From Prorocentrum cordatum (Eukaryota): DNA of 64,000 nucleotides. The DNA lies in NCBI GenBank assembly GCA_963575745.1, contig CAUYUJ010000161.1, positions 1 to 64,000 of the forward strand, given 5' to 3'. A program made the position numbers and the translations under genes. The notes under the pieces are model-generated. The model was not told the origin of the DNA. It ran no database searches and saw only the letters and a program-made list of their open reading frames with translations. Below are positions 46,555-62,781 of the stretch, piece after piece (position 1 is the stretch's first letter; every line of letters begins with the position of its first letter).

Positions 46555-47971
46555 ATGGCCTGGGGTGGTTGGTGGAGCGGGGCGTGGTCTTCCGACGGCG
46601 ACTGGCGGTCCTCCGCCTGGGCCTCCGACAGCGGTTGGCGGAGCGCCTGGCGGTGGCCCTCCGCCTCGAGCAGCAGGGCCGCTGCCGCGGAGGCGGAGGC
46701 GGAGGCGCACGCCGCGGCTCCATGGCGCGACGAGGGGGGGGGCCATGGTGCAGCCGAGCGCGCCGGCCCCTCCCAGAGCGTTCCGCCGTGGGAAGCCAAG
46801 GGTTTCGCTTCGGCGAGGCACAAGCGGGGCGGCAAGAATCGGGAGAGCAAGGTGAATCGGCATAGTTTGCAAATCGGGCCCGCCATGTTCCTGTCACGCC
46901 CTTCTCTCTCCTTCATGTCCCCCCCCCGCCGACTCGCAGGTGAAGTGGCGGCTGAAGCACTGGTTCGGGGGCGCGCGCCAGGGGCCCCCAGAGCAGCCGG
47001 GCCCGCCGCTGCCAGAGGAGCCGCCCACGCCTGGACCGTCCGAGGCCGAGCAGTCCATGGAGCTGGAGCTGGCGAGCCGCGCGCCGCCGCGCGCGGAGGA
47101 GCAGGGGCGGTTTCCCATCGCTGGCCGAGCACTGCTTCTTTCCGCCATCAACGAGCGGATCGAGGTTCTCCTTGGGCGCCGCGCCCCCCCGAGGGGGCCC
47201 CCGACGCCGATGCAGCCTTACCCTTGGTCGCCTTTGGGCGTGCCCGACACCGCGGCCGACGACTTGCGCACTCTCCTGGTGTTCAGCACCTCTGAGCCGT
47301 GGATCCACGGCGAGTCGGCCGCCCCGCAGCTTCTCCTCGGGCCCTGGTCGGAGTGCGGGGCGCCGCCGTCGCTCGAGCACGCGCCTCCGACGCCGTTGCT
47401 CGCGCTGCCGCCCGCCCCCGACGCTGGCCAGGAGATGTCGACGGGGCCGCCTGGCGCTGTCGGCGGCCAAATCCCCATCGCGACGATCGCGGCCCAGTCT
47501 GGTGCTGCCGCGCGCGCCGGGGCTGCTGCTTCGTCGTCAGGGCCGCCTGCTGCGGCGCCGCTCGTGGTGGAGGGCTCCGACACGGAGGCGGACGCGGAGG
47601 TGGACAGTCCGGCGGGCCCGCCCGAGCCTGCGTCGAAGAGGCGCGTCGTCCGAGACAGCGCCGAGGCCGAGGCCGTCGCGTCGCTTGCGGCCGACTGGGA
47701 GACTGCGCACCAGAGAACGAGTGGCGCTGCAGCGCGCGCCGTTGCAGGACAGGCCCGCCGCAGAGCTGCCAGAGCCTTCGCGACCGCGGAGGTCGTAGCG
47801 GCTGGGCTTCCACCGCCGCCGCCGCTGGCGCCGCCGCCGCCGCCGGCGCCGCCTGCCGATGCGTCGGCGCCGCCCCCCGCGCCCGACGGCGCGGGGGCGG
47901 GCGCCGTCGCCGTGGACTACGCGGACACGGGGCCAAAATTCGAGGGCGACGAAGCCGAGTCTGATTTTTGA
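46555..47971 (+). CDS. Hypothetical two-exon protein (Trp-rich N-terminus, KRGGKNR motif, Pro/Ala-rich body); intron 46852-46939
   Basis: ATG 46555; a phase-0 GT-AG intron with a pyrimidine tract joins RESK|VKWRLKHW into ORF 46940-47971. Confidence 0.65.
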
Positions 47972-48420
47972 CGTTTCCGATTTCGATTTCTATCGAGTCC
48001 GCTCGATTCTGAGTCCGCTTCCGAACGCGTCTGACGGGGCTTCTTCGAGGAGCCCGAGTGCCGAGCGATTCCCGTCGGGCCCGCGTTCGATCCGATCCCC
48101 AGCGCGATCGATTCCGATTCCAATTGGCTCCAATAGATTCCGCCTGATCGATTCCGACCACACCTCCACCCCGTTCGACTCTGGTCGTCGTGGAAATCGA
48201 CCCATTCCCAAGGGGAGGGGGTTGGGGAGGTTATACTGGAATCAGGCATGATGGGGGTCAGGAAGGCCACGGGAAGACCAAGGGAGAGTCCTCGCCTGGC
48301 CCCCCCTCTCAGTCACAGGTGCCGCGCGGGAGCCCAGGGGAGCCGCTCCACTTCGAGGAGGTGTCCATCCACGTTGTGCTGCCTGTACCTGTGGTGGGCA
48401 CGCCCGTGGGGTACTGTCGC

Positions 48421-49273
48421 ATGCAGGACGACCACCTGCAGCTCAATGCAGGCGGCAAGTACCAGCGGCCGTGCGTTGTCGTGCAGGGGCTCTGGAAAAC
48501 GGGGACGCACGCCCTCCACAGTTACATGGAGCGGCACTTCGACGTCGAGGTGCGCAAGAGCAGGTGGGACGGGTGCGTCTCCTTCAACGGCCGCCACGTG
48601 TGGAAGCACGACCTGCTCCTCACGCCGTTGGAGTTTCCGCCAGAGGATGAGCAGGGCCGCCCAGTGGTGGTTCTGGCGTGCGCGCGCGAGCCGACCAGGC
48701 GGCCGACGGGTCTTTCGGGCCAATGGTGCAGCAGAAGCGCGCCAGCTTTTGAGGCATCAGCCTGCCTGCCCTCCCGTCTTCTCACTTCCCCCAAACTATC
48801 ATGCCATGCTGCTCTCGCAATCCCCCTCCCCCAGGTGGATCAGGGCGATGTCGAAGGGCGCCTACGAACTGATGCCGAACTCTGCCAGCGGCACGAAGCG
48901 GGTTCGGAGGATGGGGGACGTGAGTTGGCTCTTGCGGGGGCCGAGAGACGAACCTGTGCACGTCCGCTGGCCCGCCTGGGCGAAAGGCCGCGTCGATTAC
49001 GATCCAGAGTTCGAGGATGCGTTCGACTTGTGGTGCCACTACATGGCCGCAGTGCTCCACGGTACTGGCGTGGGCAGCCCGGCGTCTCCAACCCATCGCG
49101 TCCTCGTCGCGCGGCACGAGGACCTCGCGTGCAGGCCCGAACTCGCGCTGAATGAGCTCGTCAGGGCTGGCCTGCAAACCAAGGGGTTGCCGTTTCATCC
49201 AGAGCGCAGGCTTCTGGGGGGCCACCACGCCGACAAGGGGCGGGCGGTGGAGGCGCTGAGGGAGGAGGTGTAA
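48421..49273 (+). CDS. P-loop (PAPS-dependent) sulfotransferase-family protein; GC-AG intron 48699-48834
   Basis: 5'-PSB-like VVQGLWKTGT; 3'-PB-like REPTR|WIRAM restored by splicing; RHEDL..PE. The start is uncertain and the stop at 49271 may be premature. Confidence 0.75.
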
Positions 49274-49859
49274 ACGCCAGTGACCCTGGACGATCAGATG
49301 GTCGATTGCATGGCGTCGAGGGCTCAACGGTACAAAGGCTTGTTTGCCACTTGCTGGTACCCGCCCGCCGACGGCAAACTTCCAGTTGACCACGTGAGCG
49401 TCGAGGATGTTTATAAAGTTTGCGGAGCGGCGTGATTTATCTGTTTCCCGCGAGCTGTCCAACTAGCAGGCAGCCCCCGCCACCTGTTCATTCCTCTTCG
49501 CCTCCTGTGGTGCAGCATCAGCGCGCTTCTCCCTACTCCCTCTCCTGGTGACGGCCTGCAAAGCAGCCGCGCCCGAATTGCTGGCATTTGGAACGGCGCC
49601 AATTCGCTGCGGATTATTCCTTTGAGAGCTTCGTGCGCAACGTTCGCACATGAAAAAAAAGAAGATGTCGAGTGACAGAGCACCCCCAACGAGGTGGGGA
49701 ACCCTGGGCTGACAGAGCCCCCCAACGCGGCCTGGGGAAGCTTGCAGAGGTTCCAAGAGGCACCAGTGGGTTCCAAGACGGCCCCGAGAGGACGCCGAGT
49801 AGGCTTCAAGAGGTTCCTCCCCCAAAATTACCCCAAGGGTATCTGTAGAGGGCTTCCCG

Positions 49860-50056
49860 AGGTCGTCGTCGTCGTCGTCGTCGTCGTCGTCCTCGTCCTC
49901 GTCGTGGTCGTCGTTGTCATCGTCGTCGTGGCCGTCGTCGTGGTCGTCGTCGTCGTGGTCGTGGTCGTGTTCGTCGTCGTTGTCGTCGTCGTGGACGTCG
50001 TTGTCGTGGTCGTGGTCGTCGTCGTCGTCGTCGTCGTCGTCGTGGAGCCCGTCGTT

Positions 50057-50089
<33 letters not shown>

Positions 50090-50095
50090 TTCGTC
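49860..50095. repeat. (GTC)n microsatellite
   Basis: Direct reading. Confidence 0.95.
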
Positions 50096-50934
50096 AGCGG
50101 ACATCTTTCCTCCTTTGTGGTTGTGGCGCACCCCGCGGCTGCGGCGGCTCATGATTGAAACGACTGTTGTGAATGCGTTTCCTGCCGCGCCGCGGCGACT
50201 AGGAGGAAGGGAGGGGGAAGGGAGAGGGAAGAGAGGAGGAGGGGATGAGGAAGGGAGGAGGAAGGGAAGAGGAAGAGAGGAGGACAGGAGGAGGAAGGGG
50301 GGCCAACGGGGGGAGGAAGGGAGGAGCAAGGGGGAAGGGAGGAGGATTGGATGAGGACGGGGGGAGAAAGGGAGGAGCAAGGGAGGAGGAAGCGAGGTGG
50401 AAGGGAGGGGGAAGAGACCAGGACGGGAGGAGGATGGGGAGAGAAAGGCGAAGGCTAAGGTACTCACTATGCGGTCACTCCGTGCGGCGAACGGATGCTG
50501 GGGGCACCCCCGCTTCAAAGGTGGTCGTTGCAAGACGTTGTAGCGCCAGGCCGCCTCGAGGAAGAGGGGGGGGGGGGCGCGGGAGGAGGAATAAGTAACG
50601 AACGCGGAGGAGAGGAGGAGGAGGAGGAGGAGGAGGAGGGGAGGCGCAGGAGAAAGCAGACTGCTGTGAGTGACAAGCCAGGGAGCACCCCTGCTCATTA
50701 CCCGACGCTGCCTTCCGCATGGTGGCAAGCGTCATCGGTGGCGCCCGTGACCGCTCGAGAAGTGACGCGCGGGCCCGCGTCGAGCAAACCGGAGAAGGAG
50801 GAGGAGGAATAGGAGGAGGAGGAGGAGGAGGAAAAGGAAGAGGAGAAACCTAGCAGGAGGCTGGGGGCCTCTATCGTGTGAGCCGTGCATCTGTAGTCCT
50901 TGTGGCTCCAGCGCGCTGGTGGTCATATGCCCGA

Positions 50935-53900
50935 ATGGATCTGTTCGCAGCTGCTCGGGACGCGTTGGGTCGCCTCGTGGGCGGCGATGGGCTCGGGGCT
51001 CGAGGCGCAGCAGAAGCGCGCCGCCCCGGGCCCCGCCCAGGCAGGCGCGGCCTGGTGCCTCTGGGCGCGGCTGCCGCTGCAGCTCGTCGGGCTAGGGGCG
51101 ATGCGCGGCCCCAGCTGGACATGGAGCTGCAGGCGCAGATGGCCACGCACAATTTGGACAATGCCAAGCGACAGGTGGACGTGATGGGGGAGGGGCAGGA
51201 AGGCCCGCGCAAGAGGTCGCCAAGATTTCGCTGGGATCAGTGGCTTCCTCGGACAATGCTCCGCGCAGTGTTCAGCAAAGAGAATCTGCGGATGGCCGCT
51301 AGCAGATTCGCCAAGGTTTTCAGAGGCACCGGAATCAAAGGCAGCCATCTTTTCGTTCGCCAATTGAGATCGGCTTCGGCGGAGCTTTATTGCGACAGCC
51401 AACGTGTTCAAATAGAGCGCCAAGTGCTCAGAGCGCCTGGGACAGAACACAATTGGTTGGTTATGCATCTGCAGTGGGACGAAACCAAGTTCACTGTGCA
51501 GCTGAACGACGGCAAGCCTCCTTGTGGGCAGCAAGTGATGACACAGCACGGCGTGTTGCATTGGGAAGACGAGGACCTCCGCGTCCACGGCCAAGAGCTT
51601 ATCTTCCCACCGTCCGTGCTGGAATCTGCAACCGCCGACTGCATGCTCGGAGGCCTCGCGCGGGCGTTGCGCGTGGATATGGATGAGCTCTGGCCGTCGG
51701 CGCTGCTGGCGTGCTTGTCCCCGAGCGTCGATTCTGTGGCCGCAAACGGGCTGGTGTGCAAATATTTGCTGCAGACGTTGCCCTGGTGGGTCCTCCTGTT
51801 GCCTTCTTTTTGTTTGCAGCATCAAACCGCAATATGTTTGCAGTCGGTCGGGGACATGGCGGGGGTCGTCGGCGGCGTGTTTTCCACTGTCAGACACTTG
51901 CAAACAGGGGCCAACTTGCGGGCCCTCGAGACAGCTCTGCGGCAAATCCTGTCGGACGAGGAGGCTGGTCTGGAGGTGCGGCGGGGCGCGCCGAATCCAG
52001 CGGACAGGGGGAAGCTCGACATGCTGCTCGGGTATTGCGACCGCCAGATGGATGAGGACGTGGAGGGCGAGGAGGTGACAGCGGCGCGCGGCCAACGTAG
52101 AGGCCTCACCAAGCCAGAGGTCGACTTGATCAAGGAGATGTTCACCGGCGACGTGTCTCAAGAGAGGCCTGTGCACCATTGCAGGGGCCGCGACTGCTGC
52201 GCGAACAGGCAGGAGTCTGTCGACAGAGCGGCGGCGGCGGCGATGGTTCCTTTGCGCAGGCGTTTGGCAGTGCCCGCGTTGAACCGCTGGAACACTGTGC
52301 ATCCCACCGCGTGCGTCTTGCTGCTGTTGATCTCCTTGCATGGATTGCTGCCGCGTGCGCTCGAGAAGACGTGCGGCGCTGCTGTGCGCGCCATGCGGCG
52401 GGAAGACGGCGGCCTCGAGAGCGGCAGCGGCGCAGCGGGCCTGGGGGATTTCAGGCGTGAACAGCATGTTCGCACCGTCAAGATGATGAGGTTTCTCTCC
52501 GATCTACTTGCGCGGCAACGGCTGGTCCTGTGGGTGGCCGTGGCCGCCGTGGGGATGCGATTTCATTACGCATGTTTCAAACGTGGGTCTCTGCATGGCT
52601 GGCTCGACCCCAAGGGGTCTGCGCTGTCGTCGTTCTGCAAGGGCGTCGTCTTTGACACGCTCGCTCAGCTGAGCTCAGCCTTTGACCCCGCTGCAGCTGG
52701 ACATTACGACTTGTGGAGATTGCCGCTTGCACTGCACGGCCCCCTCGCGTCCTGGCCCGGCGAGGTCCTCCGCGAAGCAGACGCCATCGTCCACGTATTC
52801 ACTGGGTCCTTTTATCGTCGCTTCGACATTCGTTTGAGCGTTTACCCATGGGGGCTCATGCGGCTCGTGGACGCCTCCCTGGACATGGGGGCCCGCCGCG
52901 CAGAAGGCGAAGAACTCATTCGGGCAAACGAGTGTTGCCTGGACTCGGGGTTCTCCTTGAGGCTGAGGAAGATGTGCACCACGGGCGTTGACGACCTTTT
53001 CCTGCCAGAGGTGCAGCGCTTTCTCCCCGCATGCTTTAGGTACGCGATGGCCTCGACGGTGCATTCCGAATTGTTGGCGTTGCGCAGATCCCCACCAGCC
53101 CATCCAGAAACGTCGCCTCTTGGGCCATTCTTGACGCTCTAACCTATTGCGGGCCCCCGCGCCCAGGTCCTGGGGAGGGGGCGCGGGAGAGGGGTAGACC
53201 CCTCCGCAAACGGGAAAGAATGGGGGTTGGAAGAGGAATCTCCCTAGACCACTTGCGCCCTGAAGGGCGCGTGGGATTGGCTTTTGCGCGGATGAGAGCC
53301 CACCTCCAGACGATGAACAACAGACCTCCGAACGCCGCGACGCTCTCCGCCAAGCACGTGATCTCCGAGGTTGTTCGCTGTCACGAAGAGGGGCGGAGAA
53401 GGCGCCGCGGGCGCGACTTGCGCACCGAGCGGGGCCGACTCCTGCAGAAGAGCGGCCACTCGAAACCGATCTGGGCCCAAGGCAAAGGAGGCAACCAGCG
53501 GCGCAAGAGGTTGGGCCATTATATGTTTTACCACCGTCGCGTGGCTGATCTGCGAGATTCGCAGCCGCGGGCGCCATGGGCAGACCCGAGAGAGTACGAG
53601 CGGCGTCTGTATCTACAGGCGGCCGCGGACTGGCGGGCCGCATCCGAGGCCGAGAGGCGAAGCTGGAGAGAGGCGGCTCGGCGCGCGAACAAGGCTGAGA
53701 GGATGAAGCCAGACCCGCTGCACGAGTACGTGCGCATCTGTCGCGACCACGTTGACCAGTCGGACGAAGCTGCTTGGCCTTGGGGTCTCGGCTCAGACGA
53801 GTTCCCCTTGTCCGAGGACCTTGTCTCCGCAGCCGTGCAAGCGCATGTCGATGCGAAGCTGAAGAGGGGATCCTTCGTGGAAGCCACGGCCGTGTCGTTT

Positions 53901-55112
53901 GACGAAATGTACAATGCTGCTGTGGCGCCTCCAGGACTCATTCGCTGCGGCCTCCCAACTGAGCGGCCTTGCTGCACGCGCGCGGCAGAATGCCTTGGCG
54001 GCGTCGCCGACTTGCGGGGGGAGTACCAAGGCGTAGTGGCAGATTTGCGGTTGTTGGTGGCCCCTGCGAGGTGCAAGACTGTCGGGAAGATGATGGCCCT
54101 CCAGGTTTCAGGGCCTGGAGGCTGTGTGATGATTCGCAACTTCTCGCACTTGAAAAGTCCTATTTTCACGGGGGAGTTCTGCGAGTGCGACGTGGTGGGG
54201 CAGCCATGCGGGCTCGGCGCGGCGCCCCCCGAGGTGCCATTCTCTCTGCGCCGGTGTTGGGTGGAGAGGAAGGGCCGCAGAGTGTTGAAGATGATGACTG
54301 AGATCGACGTCGCCCTCCACATCTTACGCGTGTGCGGGCGCGACCGGGCTGAGCTGCGCTGGGTCGAACTTCTTGCGCGCCCGCGCATGGGTTGCTCAGA
54401 GCTGCAGTATTCGGTCGATTGGGCGGAGGAGCGGGACTTACACGAGGCACGCCTCCACGAGAAGGACGTTGACCTGGCGACGGGCTGGTTCCAGGCGTTC
54501 GCCGACTCCCGCCCTGGCGGGGCTTCCGCCGACGGGGGGGGCAGCGGCGCGCGTGGCGGGGATGAGGAGCCTGACTACGCGAAGGATTGGAAGGCCGCTT
54601 GGGAGGCCGCCGCCGCCTGGCGGCAGAGAGGTCGCGGGGCGCAGGGTGCAGCAGAAGGCGCGCCAGCGGAGGCGCCTCCCGCAGCAGCGCCGGACGCCGC
54701 TCTGGCGCACGGGCCGCTGGGCGGCTACGCTGCGGCGGCGGCGCCGCCGCCGCCCCCCGCGGGCGCGCCGAGGCGCCCGCGCGTCGCCCGATACCCGCAG
54801 CTCCCACATCCCGCTGGGGCTGGCCGTCCTCACTACATTCGCCTTGTCGAGAACGAGGCCCTCGCCGTCTACGACATGCGCGCCGTCTGTGGCCTCCATC
54901 CAGGCTGTTCATGGAACCAGCAATCGAGGGTCAGACCATTGGCCGCTTTGTGGTGGCGGTTGGGGGGGGCCCCTGGATGCGGGAGCAAGGCAGACCATAA
55001 ACAAAAGGTGCCCACGCCAGCGCAGATCGCCGCTGCTCGCGCGGTCCTCGAGGGCATGCCCGAGAGCCAGCCTTGGAGGGACTCGGAGGAGAGGCGGGCC
55101 AGTGGCGGGTGA
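50935..55112 (+). pseudogene. Large hAT-like DDE transposase (~1323 aa when repaired) with HMG-box-like and C-terminal Cys/His domains; split by a 206-bp insertion
   Basis: WDET 51475, DSVAAN 51730, CLQH 51811, NRW 52282, and STVHSE|LAFA across the insertion; HMG-like HYMFY...AAADWRAASEAERRSW at ~53500-53690; CGLHPGC..RPLAAL..C...H at ~54830-55090. Confidence 0.7.
53074..53279. mobile_element. 206-bp hairpin-rich insertion with a 4-bp ATTG direct repeat
   Basis: ATTG at 53070-53073 and 53276-53279; removal fuses ORFs 50878 and 53220 in frame. Confidence 0.7.
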
Positions 55113-55341
55113 TCTTCCCGCCAGGACAGATACGAAGCGTAGGCGTGTAAAAGTGCATTTCTCAGAGCCGTTGTCGCCGCCGCGGCCGCCCGCTGCAATC
55201 GCGCAGCTGTCGCCTGATCGTTGCTCCAATCGCTGTTTCGCCGCGTCTCTCGGCGCATCATTGTTCCCGAGCTGCGGCTAAGCTGCCGTCCGCGCCAGCG
55301 CCTCGCTGCCCGCCGCCGCGCCCGCCCCCTCGCTCCCCGCG

Positions 55342-59385
<4,044 letters not shown>

Positions 59386-59510
59386 CGCGGGCGGGCCTCC
59401 GCAAGATCGCGAGTCCGTTCGATGAGATTCGAGGGTTTCCGATCCGCCATTGGTTTTAGTTTGGCCGGTGCTGCTGCGGCGCGCCTTATTTTCTCCTACT
59501 TGAGCATGGG

Positions 59511-59610
59511 NNNNNNNNNNNNNNNNNNNNNNNNNNNNNNNNNNNNNNNNNNNNNNNNNNNNNNNNNNNNNNNNNNNNNNNNNNNNNNNNNNNNNNNNNN
59601 NNNNNNNNNN
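59511..59610. other. Assembly gap (100 N)
   Basis: Run of N. Confidence 1.
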
Positions 59611-60739
59611 GAGGAGGAGGAGGAGGAGGAGGAGGAGGAGGAGGAGGAGGAGTGGGAGGATACGGAGCAGGATCTGGAGGAGGAGGACGACGATGAGGAC
59701 TAGGAGGACGAGGACGAGGAGGAGGAGGAATCAGACGACGAACAATCAGACGACGAAACATAATAGCTATACGACTAATACAGCATCGAAGCATAAGCAA
59801 CCTATCAGTCACAAAACATTATCTAGAGAGAGAGAGAGGGACGGAGAAACAAAAGCAAAGAGAGCGCGAGGGAAAGCGAGCGAGATAGAGAGAGAGAGAG
59901 AGAGGGAGAGAAAGGGCGAGCGAGGCAGAGACAACACACATAACTATGGAGAGGGTGAGGCGGGGGAGGAGGACGAGGAAGAGGAGGAATAGGAGGACGA
60001 GGATGATGATGCGGAGGAGGCGGAATGAGAGACGGATACTGAGGAGCAGGAGGACGAGGACGAGGACGAGGACGCGGACGAGGACGAGGACGAGGACGGA
60101 CGAGGACGAGGAGGAGGAGGAGGATGAGGAGGAGAGAGGAGGAGGAGGAGGAGGAGGAGGGAGGAGGAAGAGGAGAGGAACAGTGCGAAGGGGAGGGGAT
60201 GTGAGGAGGGGGGAGGAGGAGGAGGAGGAGGAGGAGGAGGAGGAGGGAGGAGGAGGAGGAGGACGAGGAGGAGGGGAGGAGGAGGAGGCGGAGGAGGAGA
60301 GGAGGAGAGGAGGAGGAGGAGGAGGAGGAGGAGGAGGAGGACGAGGAGGAGGAGGGGGGGGGAGGGGAGGGGGGGGGGAGGAGGAGGAGGCGGAAAGAGG
60401 GGGAGGGTGAGGAGGGGGGGAGAGGAGGAGGAGGAAGCAGTGAGACGAGGGACGAGGACGAGGACGGGACGAGGACGAGGACGACGAGGACGAGGAGGAG
60501 GAGGAGGAGGAGGATGATGAGGAGAGGAGGAGGAGAGGAGGCGGAGGGACGGAGGAGGAGGAGGGGAGGTAGGAGGAGGAGGAGCAGCGCGGAGGGGGGG
60601 ATGTGAGGAATGAGGATTGAGGAGGAGGAGGAGGAGGAGGAGGAAGGAGGAGGAGGAGGCGGAGGAGGAGGAGGAGGAGGCAGGAGGAGTGAGGAGGAGG
60701 AGGAGGAGGTAGGAGGGTGGAGGAGGAGGAGGAGAGGAG

Positions 60740-60770
<31 letters not shown>

Positions 60771-61115
60771 GGAGGAGGAGGAGAGAGGAGGGAGGGAGGG
60801 GAGGGGGAGGGGGGGGAGGAGGAGAGGAGAGGGGGAGGATGTGAGGGGGGGAGGGAGGAGGAGGAGGAGGAGGAGGAGGAGGAGGAGGAGGGAGGAGGAG
60901 GGGAGGGAGGAGGAGGAGGAGGAGGAGGAGAGGGAGGAGGGAGGAGGAGGAGGAGGAAGGAGCGTGGAGGAGGAGGAGGAGGAGGAGGAGGGAGTCGGAG
61001 GAGGAGGAGGAGGAGGAGGAGGAGGAGGAGGAGGAGGAGGAGGAGGAGGGGGGAGGAAGAGGTGGCTCGGAAGGTTTCGAGGAAAGACGAGGAGGATGAG
61101 GAGGAAGAGGAGGCG

Positions 61116-61156
<41 letters not shown>

Positions 61157-61710
61157 GGACGAGGAAGACGAGGAGGACGAGGAGGACGGGTACGAGGCGG
61201 ACGAGGAGGACGAGGAGGAGGAGGCGGAGGACGAGGGAGACGAGGAGGAGGGAAGCGCGGGGGGAAGGGGGAGAGGAGGGGAAGGAGGCGGAGGCGGAGG
61301 AGGAGGAGGAGGAGGAGGAGACGGAGGAGGATTTGGAGGAGGATGACGACGAGGAGGACTAGGATGGCAAGGACGAGGAGGAGGAACCATAATACGACTA
61401 CGAATAAAAAACATGATAGCTATAAGACTAATGAACTATCGAAGCAGAAGGAACCTACTAACAATGATACGTTGGAGGAGGAAGAGGAGGAGGAGGAGGA
61501 GGAGGAGGAGGAGGAGGAGGGGGAGGGGGAGGGGGAGGAGGAGGAGGAGAGGGGAGGGAGCCAGAGCGAGATTGACGAGGAGGGAGGAGGAGGCGGAGGA
61601 GGTGAGGGTGAGGGAGGAGGAGGAGAAGGAGGAGGAGGAGGAGGAGGCAAAGGAGGAGGAGGAGGAGGCAGAGAAGCAAGAGGAGGAGCAGGAGGACAGG
61701 AGCCACAGGA
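59611..61710. repeat. Long (GGA/GAC)n purine tract containing a diverged ~170-bp duplication (~59650-59810 and ~61320-61465)
   Basis: Direct reading; gaggactagga..catratagctata.gactaat occurs twice. Confidence 0.9.
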
Positions 61711-62169
61711 GCAGCAATGCTGTATTCAAGACGAGTGCCCAGCCAAAGGACGGCTTGGGAAAAGAGCGAGCGCCAGGGGCGGGGTGGAAACAGACCGCCT
61801 GGGGGGGAACACTAGCGTTGGAGGGGACGACATGTAAGCGCGAACGCTGAAGGGGGCTTAACCTCGAGGGGGGCAGCAGAAACTTCTCATGGCATACTAT
61901 TCGTGGTGGTTGTCTTGTATCCCAGAGTTGGGCCAGCAGCTCCTCAAGACCAGTTACGCCGCGACCGAGCTGGACGAGCTAAGCTACCGTGCTACCTTCC
62001 CGTCCCGTCCAGTGCGCATCTCGGACGATTTCATGTGAAATGCGTCGCGCGTGCGCGCCTACCGCAACAGCGCGGCAGGGCTGCGCGCAAGAGGAAGGTG
62101 GGCTGTCACGCTGTGCTGGGTTCCGTACGGATCACGAGGGGGAGGAGGAGGAGGAGGAGGAGGAGGAGG

Positions 62170-62781
62170 CGGAAGTGGATTTTGCGGAACGAAGTTCTGA
62201 AGAAGACAGGCGATGGAGGCGTATTTAGTTGCATGAGACCTCTCATCCCTAGGAATTCCAAGTTTTCGCAGTACTTGGCGTCGGTAAAGTTGTTGACGGA
62301 TTTCGCGGGCAGGGTCACATCGTTGCCTATGGTCAAGTCGGAGCAGTTCCACGCGGGGCCTTGGCACCGATTCCTCATTGCCACTGTAGTGGTCCGATTC
62401 GTCTTGTTTGCCATGTTCATGTATCAGTTGTGGTCCCCAGTGTTACCCTCGGCGGTATTCGTCGCATTGTGGTGCTTTTACGGATATACAGACCGCATGA
62501 TGTCGACTTTCTCGGACGTAACATGCGGCGCGTTCGTGGAGATGGCCGACAGGAGGTATGTGTCCCGCTTGACGTTCATGTTCGGTTTCGGGGGGCTAGT
62601 CGTGGGCCTTGGCTTCGCTATCGCAGTCGCCTTACCAATGGTACCAGGGGAGACAGAAGTCATTGTCGTTCCTCTCCCTCCATTGCGCGGAAGTTGTGCA
62701 ACGCGAGTACCATCACATTCCCTTCCCTCGATAGTTCTGGCCATGCTTTTTGCTTGGGGGGCGTCTGACGTCTGGGACTGA
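62170..62781 (+). CDS. C-terminal exon(s) of an equilibrative nucleoside transporter (ENT/SLC29)-like membrane protein
   Basis: Hydrophobic helices with LTDFAGR, VVRFVLF, FYGYT..MST and GGLVVG, spaced like ENT TM8-TM11. The 5' boundary is unknown. Confidence 0.55.
   Translation, partial: RKWILRNEVLKKTGDGGVFSCMRPLIPRNSKFSQYLASVKLLTDFAGRVTSLPMVKSEQFHAGPWHRFLIATVVVRFVLFAMFMYQLWSPVLPSAVFVALWCFYGYTDRMMSTFSDVTCGAFVEMADRRYVSRLTFMFGFGGLVVGLGFAIAVALPMVPGETEVIVVPLPPLRGSCATRVPSHSLPSIVLAMLFAWGASDVWD

Noticed and set aside
50923..52467. 514-aa antisense ORF (and similar antisense ORFs over 13027-13824 and 23763-24657)
   Set aside because: These are shadow ORFs of GC3-rich sense genes.
59819..61414. 531-aa Pro/Ser/Leu-rich ORF
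   Set aside because: It is a translation of the (CCT)n tract next to an assembly gap.
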